Origin: an uncultured virus (IMG/VR IMGVR_UViG_3300044542_000402)
Taxonomy: Duplodnaviria; Heunggongvirae; Uroviricota; Caudoviricetes; Herelleviridae
DNA: 33,204 nucleotides
Direction: 5' to 3' (one strand)
IMG/VR virus record: IMGVR_UViG_3300044542_000402
Positions 25,006-33,204 of the stretch are shown piece after piece; the first letter of the stretch is position 1; each line of letters begins with the position of its first letter. A program made the position numbers and the translations under genes. A model generated the notes under the pieces. It did no database searches, was not told the origin of the DNA, and worked only from the letters and a program-made list of their open reading frames with translations.

Positions 25006-27537
25006 GTGAGTACTATTCGGGTCGGTCGTGGTCTGTTCAGAAAGAGCCTCGCCGAGGCCGTCGCGGCCTCCTCGCCCGGCGACGTCCTCGTGCTGGACCC
25101 CGGGGAGTACGTCGAGCCCGACGGGTTCACCATCAGCGCCGATCTCACCCTGAGAGGACGCCGTGGTGACCGCCCTGTCATCCAGACCGTGCTGGACGTC
25201 GAGGGCCGCCTGGTCCTGAGCCATCTGGTGGTGCGCGCCCCGGTCTTCCGGGCCGCGATCCAGGTCGAGGCCGGCGGCGCACTGGAGGTCGCCGACACCG
25301 AGATCTGCGGCGAACCCACCGGCGGGTACGCGGGTGTGTGGGTCGGCGGTGGGTTCGCCGACCTGCGCGACACCGTGCTGAGAACCCCCGACACCGGTGA
25401 GATGAACGTGGCGCTGTCGGGCCAGGACGGTGCGACGGTGTCGTTGAACAGTGGCTTCCGGGCACCGGGCGGTGCGGTCTGGCTCCAGAGCGGGTCGAGC
25501 GCGTCGCTGTCCCACGCCGGGTGCGCCCAGCTCGTCGCCGAGGGCGGTTCGCGGATCGAGGGCACCGACATCGTGGAGATCACCAACACCACCGGGGACC
25601 CCGTCATCGATCTGGCGGAGCAGTCCTCAGCCGACCTGGCACGACTGGCCGCCGCCCCCGACGGGGTGCGGGTCGCCGTGCGCGATTCCTTCCTGCGCAT
25701 CGGCTCGCGGATCAGTGACGATCCGGAGGCGCAGACGCCCATCGAGGTGCGTGCTGAGGGCCGCTCGGCGCTGCGGGGTCCGGCGGGCATGTTCTCCGGT
25801 GACGGGGCGGAGGTCGAACCGGTGGCCGATGAGCCGGCCGTCACCGATGATCCCGGGATCACGGACCCGATGGCCGGGATCGAGTCCCTTATCGGCCTGG
25901 AGCAGGTCAAGGCGCAGATCCGGCGCTTCCTGCGCACCGTCCGGTTCAACCGGGCCCGCGCCGAGCAGGGGCGCGCGGAGGTGTCCGGAAGCCTCCACTC
26001 CGTGTTCCTGGGGAACCCGGGTACCGGCAAGACGACCGTCGCCCGGCTGCTCGCCCGGGCCCTGGCGGACGCCGGTGCTATCAGTGACGACGTGTTCGTC
26101 GAGGTCGATGCGAGTGACCTGGTCAGCCCCAACATCGGTGAGACCCCCGGGAGGACCAGGGAGGTGCTGGAGAGCGCGCTGGGCGGGGTGCTGTTCATCG
26201 ACGAGGCCTACAGTCTCTATCAGGAGGGCCCGAGCGGATCGGCGGGGGCAGAGGCTGTCGACACCCTTCTCAAGTTCATGGAGGATCATCGTGACGATCT
26301 CATGGTGATCCTCGCCGGATATCCCGACAAGATGGCCGATCTGTTGTCCATGAATCCCGGCCTGGGCTCGAGGATCGCCCACACCTTCGAGTTCGAGGAC
26401 TACACCGGCGATCAGATCGCAGCCATCGGGCTCGCCGAGCTGGCCGCCGACGGCTGGAGCGTGAACGAGGAGCTGTACACCCGGATCATGAAGAGGCGCT
26501 ACGAGCAGGCCTTCGACCACTCCAACGGGCGCTGGATCCGCAACCAGAACGAGGCTCTCGTCGGTGTCGTCGTCGACCGCTACGCCGCCACGGGCGGGGA
26601 CACCGGAACGATCCTCGACGAGGACCTCTACCAGTTCGCCGGCGGTGATGACATGCAGCGCCACAGGAGGATCGAGGGGCTGCTGGGCGAGCTGGACGCC
26701 CTGGTGGGCCTGACCGGCGTCAAGGCATTCGTCCATGATCTGGTCGACGAGGCCGAGGCGGACCGGAGGCTCGTGCGGGCCGGACGCCCGGCCGCCCGGG
26801 CGATGCACCACATGGTCTTCGAGGGGGATCCCGGCACCGGTAAGACGACCGTCGCCGGCATCATCGCCCGCCTGTTCGGGGCCCTGGGGTTGCTGGAGCG
26901 CACCGAGGTGCGCACGGTGACCCGTGCCGACCTCGTGGGGGCCTATGTCGGCCAGACCGAGCAGAAGACCTCCAGGGTGCTCGACGAGGCCGCCGGTGGC
27001 GTGCTGTTCATCGACGAGGCCTATCAGCTCGCCGGTGGCGAGAACGACTTCGGGCGTCAGGCCGTCGAGACCCTGTTGGTCGCCCTGGAGGAGCGCCGGT
27101 CCAGTCTTGTCGTGATCCTCGCCGGATACACCGACCGGATGGAGACGTTCCTGGACATCAACCCGGGACTGCGGTCCCGGGTGCCCCACACCATCGAGTT
27201 CGCCGACTACACGCCCGAGGAGATCGCTGAGATCGTCGTGAGACGGCTGCGGGGCGAATGGAGGTTCAATGAGGATCTGGTGCGACGGATCGCTGCCGGG
27301 CTCTACGCCCGTACTGGGGCGAGGGGACGATCCAACGGCCGGTGGGCCCGCAGCTTCGCCGAGACGCTGGTGCGCCGCCACAAGAAATGGATCGTCTCCC
27401 ACCCCGACGCCGATGTCGGGACCATCACCGACGAGGTGGTGTCCTCGATGATCCGGCGTGAAGGGGTGACGCGCACTACCGCAGGAGGCCGGGAGAACCG
27501 GGAGCAGGGGCCGCAGGTGACAGCCCATCGGCGATGA
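25006..27537 (+). CDS. Right-handed beta-helix plus tandem SpoVK/CbbX/EccA-type AAA+ ATPase
   Basis: SLAEAVAASSPGDVLVLDPGEY beta-helix cap. Two AAA modules: GNPGTGKTT/FIDEAY/AGY/NPGLGSR and GDPGTGKTT/FIDEAY/AGY/NPGLRSR. The track start 24691 overlaps a divergent gene. Confidence 0.9.
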   Translation: MSTIRVGRGLFRKSLAEAVAASSPGDVLVLDPGEYVEPDGFTISADLTLRGRRGDRPVIQTVLDVEGRLVLSHLVVRAPVFRAAIQVEAGGALEVADTEICGEPTGGYAGVWVGGGFADLRDTVLRTPDTGEMNVALSGQDGATVSLNSGFRAPGGAVWLQSGSSASLSHAGCAQLVAEGGSRIEGTDIVEITNTTGDPVIDLAEQSSADLARLAAAPDGVRVAVRDSFLRIGSRISDDPEAQTPIEVRAEGRSALRGPAGMFSGDGAEVEPVADEPAVTDDPGITDPMAGIESLIGLEQVKAQIRRFLRTVRFNRARAEQGRAEVSGSLHSVFLGNPGTGKTTVARLLARALADAGAISDDVFVEVDASDLVSPNIGETPGRTREVLESALGGVLFIDEAYSLYQEGPSGSAGAEAVDTLLKFMEDHRDDLMVILAGYPDKMADLLSMNPGLGSRIAHTFEFEDYTGDQIAAIGLAELAADGWSVNEELYTRIMKRRYEQAFDHSNGRWIRNQNEALVGVVVDRYAATGGDTGTILDEDLYQFAGGDDMQRHRRIEGLLGELDALVGLTGVKAFVHDLVDEAEADRRLVRAGRPAARAMHHMVFEGDPGTGKTTVAGIIARLFGALGLLERTEVRTVTRADLVGAYVGQTEQKTSRVLDEAAGGVLFIDEAYQLAGGENDFGRQAVETLLVALEERRSSLVVILAGYTDRMETFLDINPGLRSRVPHTIEFADYTPEEIAEIVVRRLRGEWRFNEDLVRRIAAGLYARTGARGRSNGRWARSFAETLVRRHKKWIVSHPDADVGTITDEVVSSMIRREGVTRTTAGGRENREQGPQVTAHRR

Positions 27538-27561
27538 CCGGACGTCACCCGGCTGCGAGTT

Positions 27562-27639
27562 CCCGCGCCCGGGCCCGGGCGCGGGTGTTCTCCAGGACGG
27601 CCATTCCTCATCCTGCCCGGGACCGACATCGTCGGTCCC
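27562..27639. terminator. 24-bp perfect palindrome and 9-bp hairpin between convergent genes
   Basis: CCCGCGCCCGGGCCCGGGCGCGGG (27562-27585); GGGACCGAC-atc-GTCGGTCCC (27619-27639). Confidence 0.6.
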
Positions 27640-27649
27640 CCGGACTCAA

Positions 27650-28222
27650 TTACGTGCTGTGCCCGATGTCGGGACCAGCCTGATGGATCTCGTCGTAATG
27701 ATGATGGGCCACCGCCGCCGCGGGGCTGGAGGCGATATAGGTGTGCGCCTTCTGCGGGGCGTCCTCGGGCGTCACGCGCCATACACTCCTGTCCATCCAG
27801 CTCACGAGGTTGCGCATGAGATCACGAGGATGTCCGAGAGTGTCTTCGGCGCAGCAGACCATCTCCATGCGGCGGGCCGCCCGTTCGTCGTGAATCGTCA
27901 TCGTGTCGATGACCAGTCCCCGATCGGGGTAGTCCTCGTTAAGGGCCCGCTGAGTGCGGCGCAGCGCTTCAGGAGCACTCTCGAGCTCCAGGAACATCGA
28001 GAACATCTGGAGACCAACATTGTCCGGTACCTCGAGGTCATGCGAGGGCACGTATCCCACGGCGTCGAAGATGTAGCTGGCGCACGTATCGGGGTCGATC
28101 AGGGTCCTGGGATCCGGCGCGTTCCGGACCCGGCTGACGGCGTACGCGCGGCCGGTCGACGGATTGACCAGATGCGTGGCGACCGGGACGCGGTCCTTGC
28201 TGATGATGATCGAGAGGCTCAT
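27650..28222 (-). CDS. Hypothetical protein, family A (copy 3, diverged)
   Basis: RBS GGAGGT; NPSTGRAYAV, PDNVGLQMF, ALRRTQRAL and GHPRDL...SWMDRSVWRVT align with copy 1. Confidence 0.75.
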   Translation of the reverse strand: MSLSIIISKDRVPVATHLVNPSTGRAYAVSRVRNAPDPRTLIDPDTCASYIFDAVGYVPSHDLEVPDNVGLQMFSMFLELESAPEALRRTQRALNEDYPDRGLVIDTMTIHDERAARRMEMVCCAEDTLGHPRDLMRNLVSWMDRSVWRVTPEDAPQKAHTYIASSPAAAVAHHHYDEIHQAGPDIGHST

Positions 28223-28544
28223 GGGCGCACCTCCGTCATCGGGAGGCCGCGGGTCGCAATGTGTGACAGGTGTGTGAATCGCGAGCTGCTGTGCTGCTCG
28301 GATGAGTGGATGACAACGGACATCTACATGCTTCCGGTACGGATCGATGAACACCGCCCGTCATCAACCGACGCGGGGGTACGGGTTCCGTGCACACGAA
28401 ATACTACATAGAACCTCTCGCAGATGCCATCCCCGGGTCTGTCGATGATCGACGATAGATGGTGTGGTGCATCCGGAGTCCGATCCCCATCAGGATATTC
28501 TTCGATCTGGGCAGTGCTTATCAATCATGGGAGGAATGATCGGC

Positions 28545-29621
28545 ATGCAGCATCTGGAGGTTGGTCAGTGGGGGCTGTTCTGCGACGGTGGGAACAGTAT
28601 CGTCCGGGTTGATGCCATACCCTGCGGTCCCGCGTCGGCCCGGCGGCTGCTGGACTCGGTGCCCCGCCGGATCCTGGTCGACGACGGTCGCATTGTCCGG
28701 ACTCTGGCCAGTGGCAGGCCGATTCGCGAGCATGTCGAAATGGGTGGCGACCAGTGGTACGTCCGGGCCGATCCCATCCTGTCGCCCCGTTCGCGGGTGC
28801 CCGTCGCGGTGGCCGCCATCGTCGCGCCCGACGATCGGATTCCGCCGGACCCCCCGTCGCTCGGCTGCTGGGAGTGGGAGATCGAGCCCGGCCCCGACGG
28901 CAGCCCCTCGACGACACGGCGCATCTACTGGGACAAGAATCTGTTCGATCTCTACGATCTGGACCCCCGGACGTCGCGACGTCACGACGACTACTGGGAG
29001 ACCGGCGAGTGGATCGACAATCTCATCGATCCCGGCGATCGGGTCCGGATGAGCGATGCCGTCCGGGACGGTATCACTATCAGTGCCACCGATCGTCCCG
29101 GCGACCTGCTGTGCCTCACCTACGGCATCGTCACCGGTCGTCCGGGTGAGCGATCAGGACGGCGTCATCTGCGTCTGGTCGGTGATATCCGCCCCGAGGG
29201 CCGGATATTCGTGGCGCGCGGATTCTCCTACGAGGCTCCCGACTGGTTCACCGACATGTCATTGTGGCGCGACACCGAGGCGACCCGCGTCGACGACGTG
29301 CTCAGCGGAATGATGGAGCTCATCGATGATCCGGTGGCCGTCGTCGACACCCGCAGCCTCGAGATCCTCGTCACCTCCGACTCGTGGCGCGAGGCCGGAT
29401 TCGACCGGTTCGGGGGATTCGACGCCGTGGTCGACGATCAGGGCGACCGGGTGCGCGACTATGTCATGCGGGTCTCGGACCAGGACCGTCACGTCACATC
29501 GATGACGACCCGGCTGCGCCGCCTCGACGGATCGACCCGCGAGGTGGTCCTGGAGGGGATCGGGGTGCGCAACGGAGGGCGTGACAGGGACGTCCTGCTG
29601 CGCGTCAGACGGTACGGGTGA
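28545..29621 (+). CDS. Rv3651-like GAF-PAS-PAS sensor-only protein
   Basis: RADPIL...IPPDPPSLGCWEWEI, PGDLLCLTYGI, FVARGFSY, VDDVL...VAVVD and RLRRLDG follow the Rv3651 pattern as I recall it; PAS-like IYWDKNLFDLYDL. Start 28536 or 28545 behind GGGAGG. Confidence 0.65.
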   Translation: MQHLEVGQWGLFCDGGNSIVRVDAIPCGPASARRLLDSVPRRILVDDGRIVRTLASGRPIREHVEMGGDQWYVRADPILSPRSRVPVAVAAIVAPDDRIPPDPPSLGCWEWEIEPGPDGSPSTTRRIYWDKNLFDLYDLDPRTSRRHDDYWETGEWIDNLIDPGDRVRMSDAVRDGITISATDRPGDLLCLTYGIVTGRPGERSGRRHLRLVGDIRPEGRIFVARGFSYEAPDWFTDMSLWRDTEATRVDDVLSGMMELIDDPVAVVDTRSLEILVTSDSWREAGFDRFGGFDAVVDDQGDRVRDYVMRVSDQDRHVTSMTTRLRRLDGSTREVVLEGIGVRNGGRDRDVLLRVRRYG

Positions 29622-30276
29622 GCCGGGGCCCCGTCGCGGAGAACAGGGCCACCGTGCCGTACATCCGGATCTCGACGTCGGTGAACGAGGCCTGGAGTCC
29701 GGCCCGTAGGTCGTCCAGGCCGTCGTCCCGGTTGGAGAAGATGCCCGTCCTGTTGTAGATCGCCATGAGACCGCGCCCGAACAGGTTGTGGTGCACGTCG
29801 TCGCCCAGAATGGTGGCTCCGAACAACACCCCGTCGGGTGCCAGGACGGCCGCGAGATTCGCCAGCGCCGCCCGGATGGCACCGGCCCCGCCCGCCAGGC
29901 AGTGGAGCACGTAATTGAGTCCGATCGAGTCGAACCCCCCGATGCCGTCGGGCATCGGCTCCAGCACATCGGCGGTGACCGTCCGGGTGGGCACGCCGGC
30001 GATTCTGGTGGATGTGGCCGCCAAGGTGCTGGCGTTGAGGTCGGCCAGGGTGATCTCGATGTCGCGGGGCAGATCGGCATGGGCCAGGTACCATCCGGTG
30101 CCCGGACCGATCTCCAGGTGCCGGGGTGCCAGGAACCGGTTGTAGCGTTCCAGCATCACCCGGGAGGGACATCGCCAGGCGAGCCGGTTGGAGACGGTGA
30201 TGACGATGGCGTCGTAGATCTTCAGGGACCTGGGCGTGTAGACCCGCTCCCCCTTGTGCACCTGTGTGCTGGTCAT
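29605..30276 (-). CDS. Class I SAM-dependent methyltransferase (small-molecule type)
   Basis: HLEIGPGTGWY, ADLN, FDSIGLNYVLHCL, LFGATILG, YNRTGIFSN; no DPPY/NPPY/PC motif; RBS AAGGAG. Confidence 0.9.
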   Translation of the reverse strand: MTSTQVHKGERVYTPRSLKIYDAIVITVSNRLAWRCPSRVMLERYNRFLAPRHLEIGPGTGWYLAHADLPRDIEITLADLNASTLAATSTRIAGVPTRTVTADVLEPMPDGIGGFDSIGLNYVLHCLAGGAGAIRAALANLAAVLAPDGVLFGATILGDDVHHNLFGRGLMAIYNRTGIFSNRDDGLDDLRAGLQASFTDVEIRMYGTVALFSATGPRLTRTV

Positions 30277-30447
30277 GGATCTCCTTGCCGTGACGGCGCG
30301 TGCGGTTGATGTGTCCGGGCGGATGCCCACCTCTGGTCTATCGCAATCGACCCGGATACGTCTATGGGAACGGGTGCGGATCCCGATCCGATCGTCGCAC
30401 TCGCCGGACCATTATGGAGGCGGCATCGGCATCGGTACCGATCATCA

Positions 30448-32022
30448 TCATGCCGCGGCCGGACCGATCCCGGCCAGATCATCGGCCAGTTCGGCCGAGA
30501 CCGCATCCAGCAGCGACGCCTGGATGCTCCTCTTGCCCGACAGCACACCGGGCATCCGCTCGTCGACGGTGCCGCGGGCGATGATCCTGTGGATCGTCAC
30601 GGGATGGGTCTGCCCCGGCCGGTACAGCCGGCCGTTGGTCTGCATGTAGTGCTCCAGACTGAACGGCAGGGTGTACCAGATGAGCGTGTGGCCACCCGCC
30701 TGCAGATTGAGCCCGGGCCCGCCCGAGGCCGGATGGAGCAGCATGACCCGGATCTCGCCGGCGTTCCAGGCCCGCACCATCTCCCGCGAGCCGTCGAAGG
30801 CCCGGGGCCCGAACCCGTCGGCGGTCAACCGCTTGAGCAGCTGTTCCCGGTCGGAGCGGAAATGGTAGGCCAGCAGCACCGGGGCCCCCGCCTGTTCGAC
30901 CAGGCGGGAGGTCATCTCCAGCTTCTGGGTATGGATGATGTCGTAGTTCCCGCGGGTGCCCGGGTCGTCGGGATCGCCGGTGTAGAGGGTGCCCGAGGCG
31001 AACTGCGAGAGCTTGGCCTGGAGCACCGCCTGATTGGCGGCCACGATCTGATCGACGCTGCGGGCCCCCGATTCGGGATCGGAGGTGACGAGGTCGATGA
31101 CCAGCTCCTTCTTGAACCGCGTGTAGGCGTCCATCACCGGGGCCGGCAGCCTCACCGTGTCGTTGACGACCAGGCGCTCGGGCAGGTGCAGATCGGCGTT
31201 GCGGTCGCTCATCACCAGATGGGACACGGCGTTGTGGATGGCGGTCTCGGCTCCCGGGTTGGCCACCCACCTCGCGGGAACCGTCGTACCGGGCACCAGG
31301 CGCGGGGTGAACCAGCGGTTCCGGAACTCGGTGATCGTGCGGCCCAGCGCCCGGCCCCGGTCCAGCAGGTAGATCTGGCTCCACAGGTCATGGAGGCCGT
31401 TGGGGCTCGGGGTGCCGGACAGCTCGATGAGCCGGCTGATGGCCGGGCGGACCGCGGCCAGGGCCTTGAATCGGATCGAGGTGTGTGACTTGAAGCCCTG
31501 CGCCTCGTCGATGATGACGGTGGGGAACGGCCACATGATGTGATCGGTGCCGTTGACGCGCTGTCGCGGCATCTGGTCCACCAGGCCGTTCCGGCACTCG
31601 GGACAGGGCCGGCGATCCTTGCGCGGGGCACCGCCGCACACCGGACAGTTCGAGCGCGCGGACTGGGTGAGCAGCTCCTGATTGATGAACCACATCGTGG
31701 GCGGGGTGGCCGGGTCCAGCGTCTCGGCGAACCGGGCCAGGCGGTCGGCCTTGGACAGCTTGCGGTCCCGTTCGTCGACGATGAGGCTGCGGGTGCGGAT
31801 CGGTAGCCCCCACTTGGCGATCTCGTCGATCCAGGTGGACCGGGCGATCGGCACCGGTGCTATCACGAGGATGTGGCCGGCCGGGCGGATCTCCATGAGC
31901 GCCGCCAGTGTCGAGGCCGTCTTCTGGCCCCCGATGTCCAGCCAGATGCCGGCGAACGGGTGGGAGATGATGAAATTCGCGGCCCGGCGCTGATGGGGCT
32001 GAAGGACGAGCTGCTGGGACAT
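30448..32022 (-). CDS. Phage-type SNF2-family (SF2) helicase with a zinc-ribbon insertion
   Basis: LQPHQ, LDIGGQKT, IIDEAQ, LSGTPSPNGLHDLWSQ, HPASGGPGLNLQ, QTNGRLYRPGQ; CPVC..CPEC insert. Confidence 0.9.
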   Translation of the reverse strand: MSQQLVLQPHQRRAANFIISHPFAGIWLDIGGQKTASTLAALMEIRPAGHILVIAPVPIARSTWIDEIAKWGLPIRTRSLIVDERDRKLSKADRLARFAETLDPATPPTMWFINQELLTQSARSNCPVCGGAPRKDRRPCPECRNGLVDQMPRQRVNGTDHIMWPFPTVIIDEAQGFKSHTSIRFKALAAVRPAISRLIELSGTPSPNGLHDLWSQIYLLDRGRALGRTITEFRNRWFTPRLVPGTTVPARWVANPGAETAIHNAVSHLVMSDRNADLHLPERLVVNDTVRLPAPVMDAYTRFKKELVIDLVTSDPESGARSVDQIVAANQAVLQAKLSQFASGTLYTGDPDDPGTRGNYDIIHTQKLEMTSRLVEQAGAPVLLAYHFRSDREQLLKRLTADGFGPRAFDGSREMVRAWNAGEIRVMLLHPASGGPGLNLQAGGHTLIWYTLPFSLEHYMQTNGRLYRPGQTHPVTIHRIIARGTVDERMPGVLSGKRSIQASLLDAVSAELADDLAGIGPAAA

Positions 32023-32037
32023 GGTGGACTCCTGGGA

Positions 32038-32346
32038 TCAGATGGACAGAGACGGGGCCCCGGACAGTTCGGCGACCAACTCGTCGACGCCGATGAGGCT
32101 GTCGATGACGCGGACGTCGGCCCCGTGGTCCCTCATCTTGGCGATGACGGCCCGCTGGAGCGGCCGCAGCCGGCCGCCGGGGCGCTTCACCTCGACGAAG
32201 ACGATGCCGAGAGGGCCGATGATGATGCGGTCGGGGACGCCGTCGTGGCCCGGGGACACGAACTTCAGGCACAGCAGCCCGACCGGGCGGCAGGCGGTCA
32301 CGAGATACTGCTCGACAGTGCGCTCGCGGATGGCGGTGGCGGTCAT
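32038..32346 (-). CDS. VRR-NUC domain nuclease (PD-(D/E)xK)
   Basis: RERTVEQYL...KFVSPGHDGVPDRII...FVEVKRPGGRLRPLQ; typical neighbour of phage SNF2 helicases. Confidence 0.9.
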   Translation of the reverse strand: MTATAIRERTVEQYLVTACRPVGLLCLKFVSPGHDGVPDRIIIGPLGIVFVEVKRPGGRLRPLQRAVIAKMRDHGADVRVIDSLIGVDELVAELSGAPSLSI

Positions 32347-32384
32347 CGGATGTCCCCGTGATCGGCGGGCCCGACGACGAGAGG

Positions 32385-32412
32385 CCCCGCGACGGTGAAC
32401 ACCGTCGCGGGG
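32385..32412. other. 12-bp stem-loop upstream of the VRR-NUC gene
   Basis: CCCCGCGACGGT-gaac-ACCGTCGCGGGG. Confidence 0.5.
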
Positions 32413-32437
32413 GACATGGCCGGGACCGATGGCAGGC

Positions 32438-32692
32438 TCACGCCGCGAACTCCGTCCCGCCGTTGTCGAGGATCTCGGCGGCGATCTCGTGGGCCGCGTC
32501 GCGGGCGAACTCGTCCAGATCGGGGTCGGCGGGATTCCCCAGCGCGGCGAGGATGTCCCGCTCGGGGATCCGGATCGACCGGAGCCAGGCGATCCGCTCG
32601 CCGAGATTCTTGCTCGCGATGAACGCGTCGGCCCCGTTGTGGACGTCGTCGTAGAGGTCGCGGGTGTTCTGGTAGGTGAACGCGACACTCAC
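32438..32692 (-). CDS. Small acidic hypothetical protein (84 aa)
   Basis: GTG 32692 in GTGA overlap with the upstream stop. Confidence 0.65.
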   Translation of the reverse strand: MSVAFTYQNTRDLYDDVHNGADAFIASKNLGERIAWLRSIRIPERDILAALGNPADPDLDEFARDAAHEIAAEILDNGGTEFAA

Positions 32693-33000
32693 AGCCGAGC
32701 CCTCCCGGCCCTCGTGATGGCCCAGCGGATCGATCGCTTCCCGGCCGGCGAGCGGCCCTCCTCGTCGACCGCCTCGACCAGGCCGACCGCCACGAGCTCG
32801 GAGACCCGGGTGCGGATGCCGGAGTCCGAGGCGTTGGGGGTGTCGGGCTCGAGGATCATGAGGCGGCGGTAGTCGCCGATGAGCTCCTGATGGGTCACGG
32901 GTTCGCCGCGGCTGGCCAGCAGGCGCAGAACGACGTCGCGGACGATCGGGGCGCGGGCGATGGCGTCGCGCCCGGCCTCCAGGGAGGTGGATGCAGTCAT
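32689..33000 (-). CDS. Winged helix-turn-helix protein (103 aa)
   Basis: VTHQELI...SDSGIRTRVSELVAVGLVEAV...GKRSIRW; RBS AGGAG. Confidence 0.7.
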   Translation of the reverse strand: MTASTSLEAGRDAIARAPIVRDVVLRLLASRGEPVTHQELIGDYRRLMILEPDTPNASDSGIRTRVSELVAVGLVEAVDEEGRSPAGKRSIRWAITRAGRARL

Positions 33001-33074
33001 GGTGACTCCTGTCGATAATGCCGGATGGTCGATATGACGATGATCCGGGACACGTTTCGCCTCGTATACAAGAC

Positions 33075-33112
33075 GATTCTATCAATTCTAGATGATCATG
33101 TCATTGATCATC
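33075..33112 (-). promoter_or_regulatory. Putative promoter/operator of the HTH-VRR-NUC-SNF2 unit
   Basis: Two TAGAAT hexamers on the minus strand; inverted repeat GATGATCA-tgtcat-TGATCATC (33091-33112). Confidence 0.5.
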
Positions 33113-33128
33113 AGGATGGAACGCACGA

Positions 33129-33197
<69 letters not shown>

Positions 33198-33204
33198 CGC
33201 GGGA

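Noticed and set aside
29605..30276. Methyltransferase as a DNA MTase of a restriction-modification system
   Set aside because: No DPPY/NPPY/SPPY or PC catalytic motif, and no cognate restriction gene.
30448..32346. SNF2 plus nuclease as a defence system (DISARM/Zorya-like)
   Set aside because: A short SNF2 next to VRR-NUC is the standard phage replication/recombination pair; no defence partner genes are present.

Overview
High-GC, actinobacterial-looking DNA that reads as part of a large mobile element (phage-like, plasmid or ICE-like). No virion, conjugation, integrase or housekeeping genes are visible, so the element type is unresolved. Nearly all genes are on the minus strand, often with ATGA/GTGA coupling. 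Left (1-10.4 kb) is a core block: putative SSB-like protein, NrS-1-type primase-polymerase, MoxR-like AAA+, VWA protein, a ClpA/C-like double AAA+ without an N-domain, a small protein, and a UvrD/Rep helicase. The helicase runs off the window, is missing from the ORF track, and carries a 334-aa class 3 LAGLIDADG intein in its Walker A motif. Middle (11.2-24.9 kb) holds rarA plus about 30 small, mostly orphan genes with internal paralog families, a truncated second rarA, a YozE-like protein, and a gene pair sharing a C-terminal coiled coil, one member being HicA-like/C2H2/HTH. Right (25-33 kb) holds a beta-helix plus double SpoVK/CbbX AAA+, an Rv3651-like GAF-PAS-PAS protein convergent with a small-molecule methyltransferase, an SNF2 helicase, a VRR-NUC nuclease and a winged-HTH protein. 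The final C/G homopolymer is probably a sequencing artefact. All family calls come from motif recognition by eye; no searches were run.
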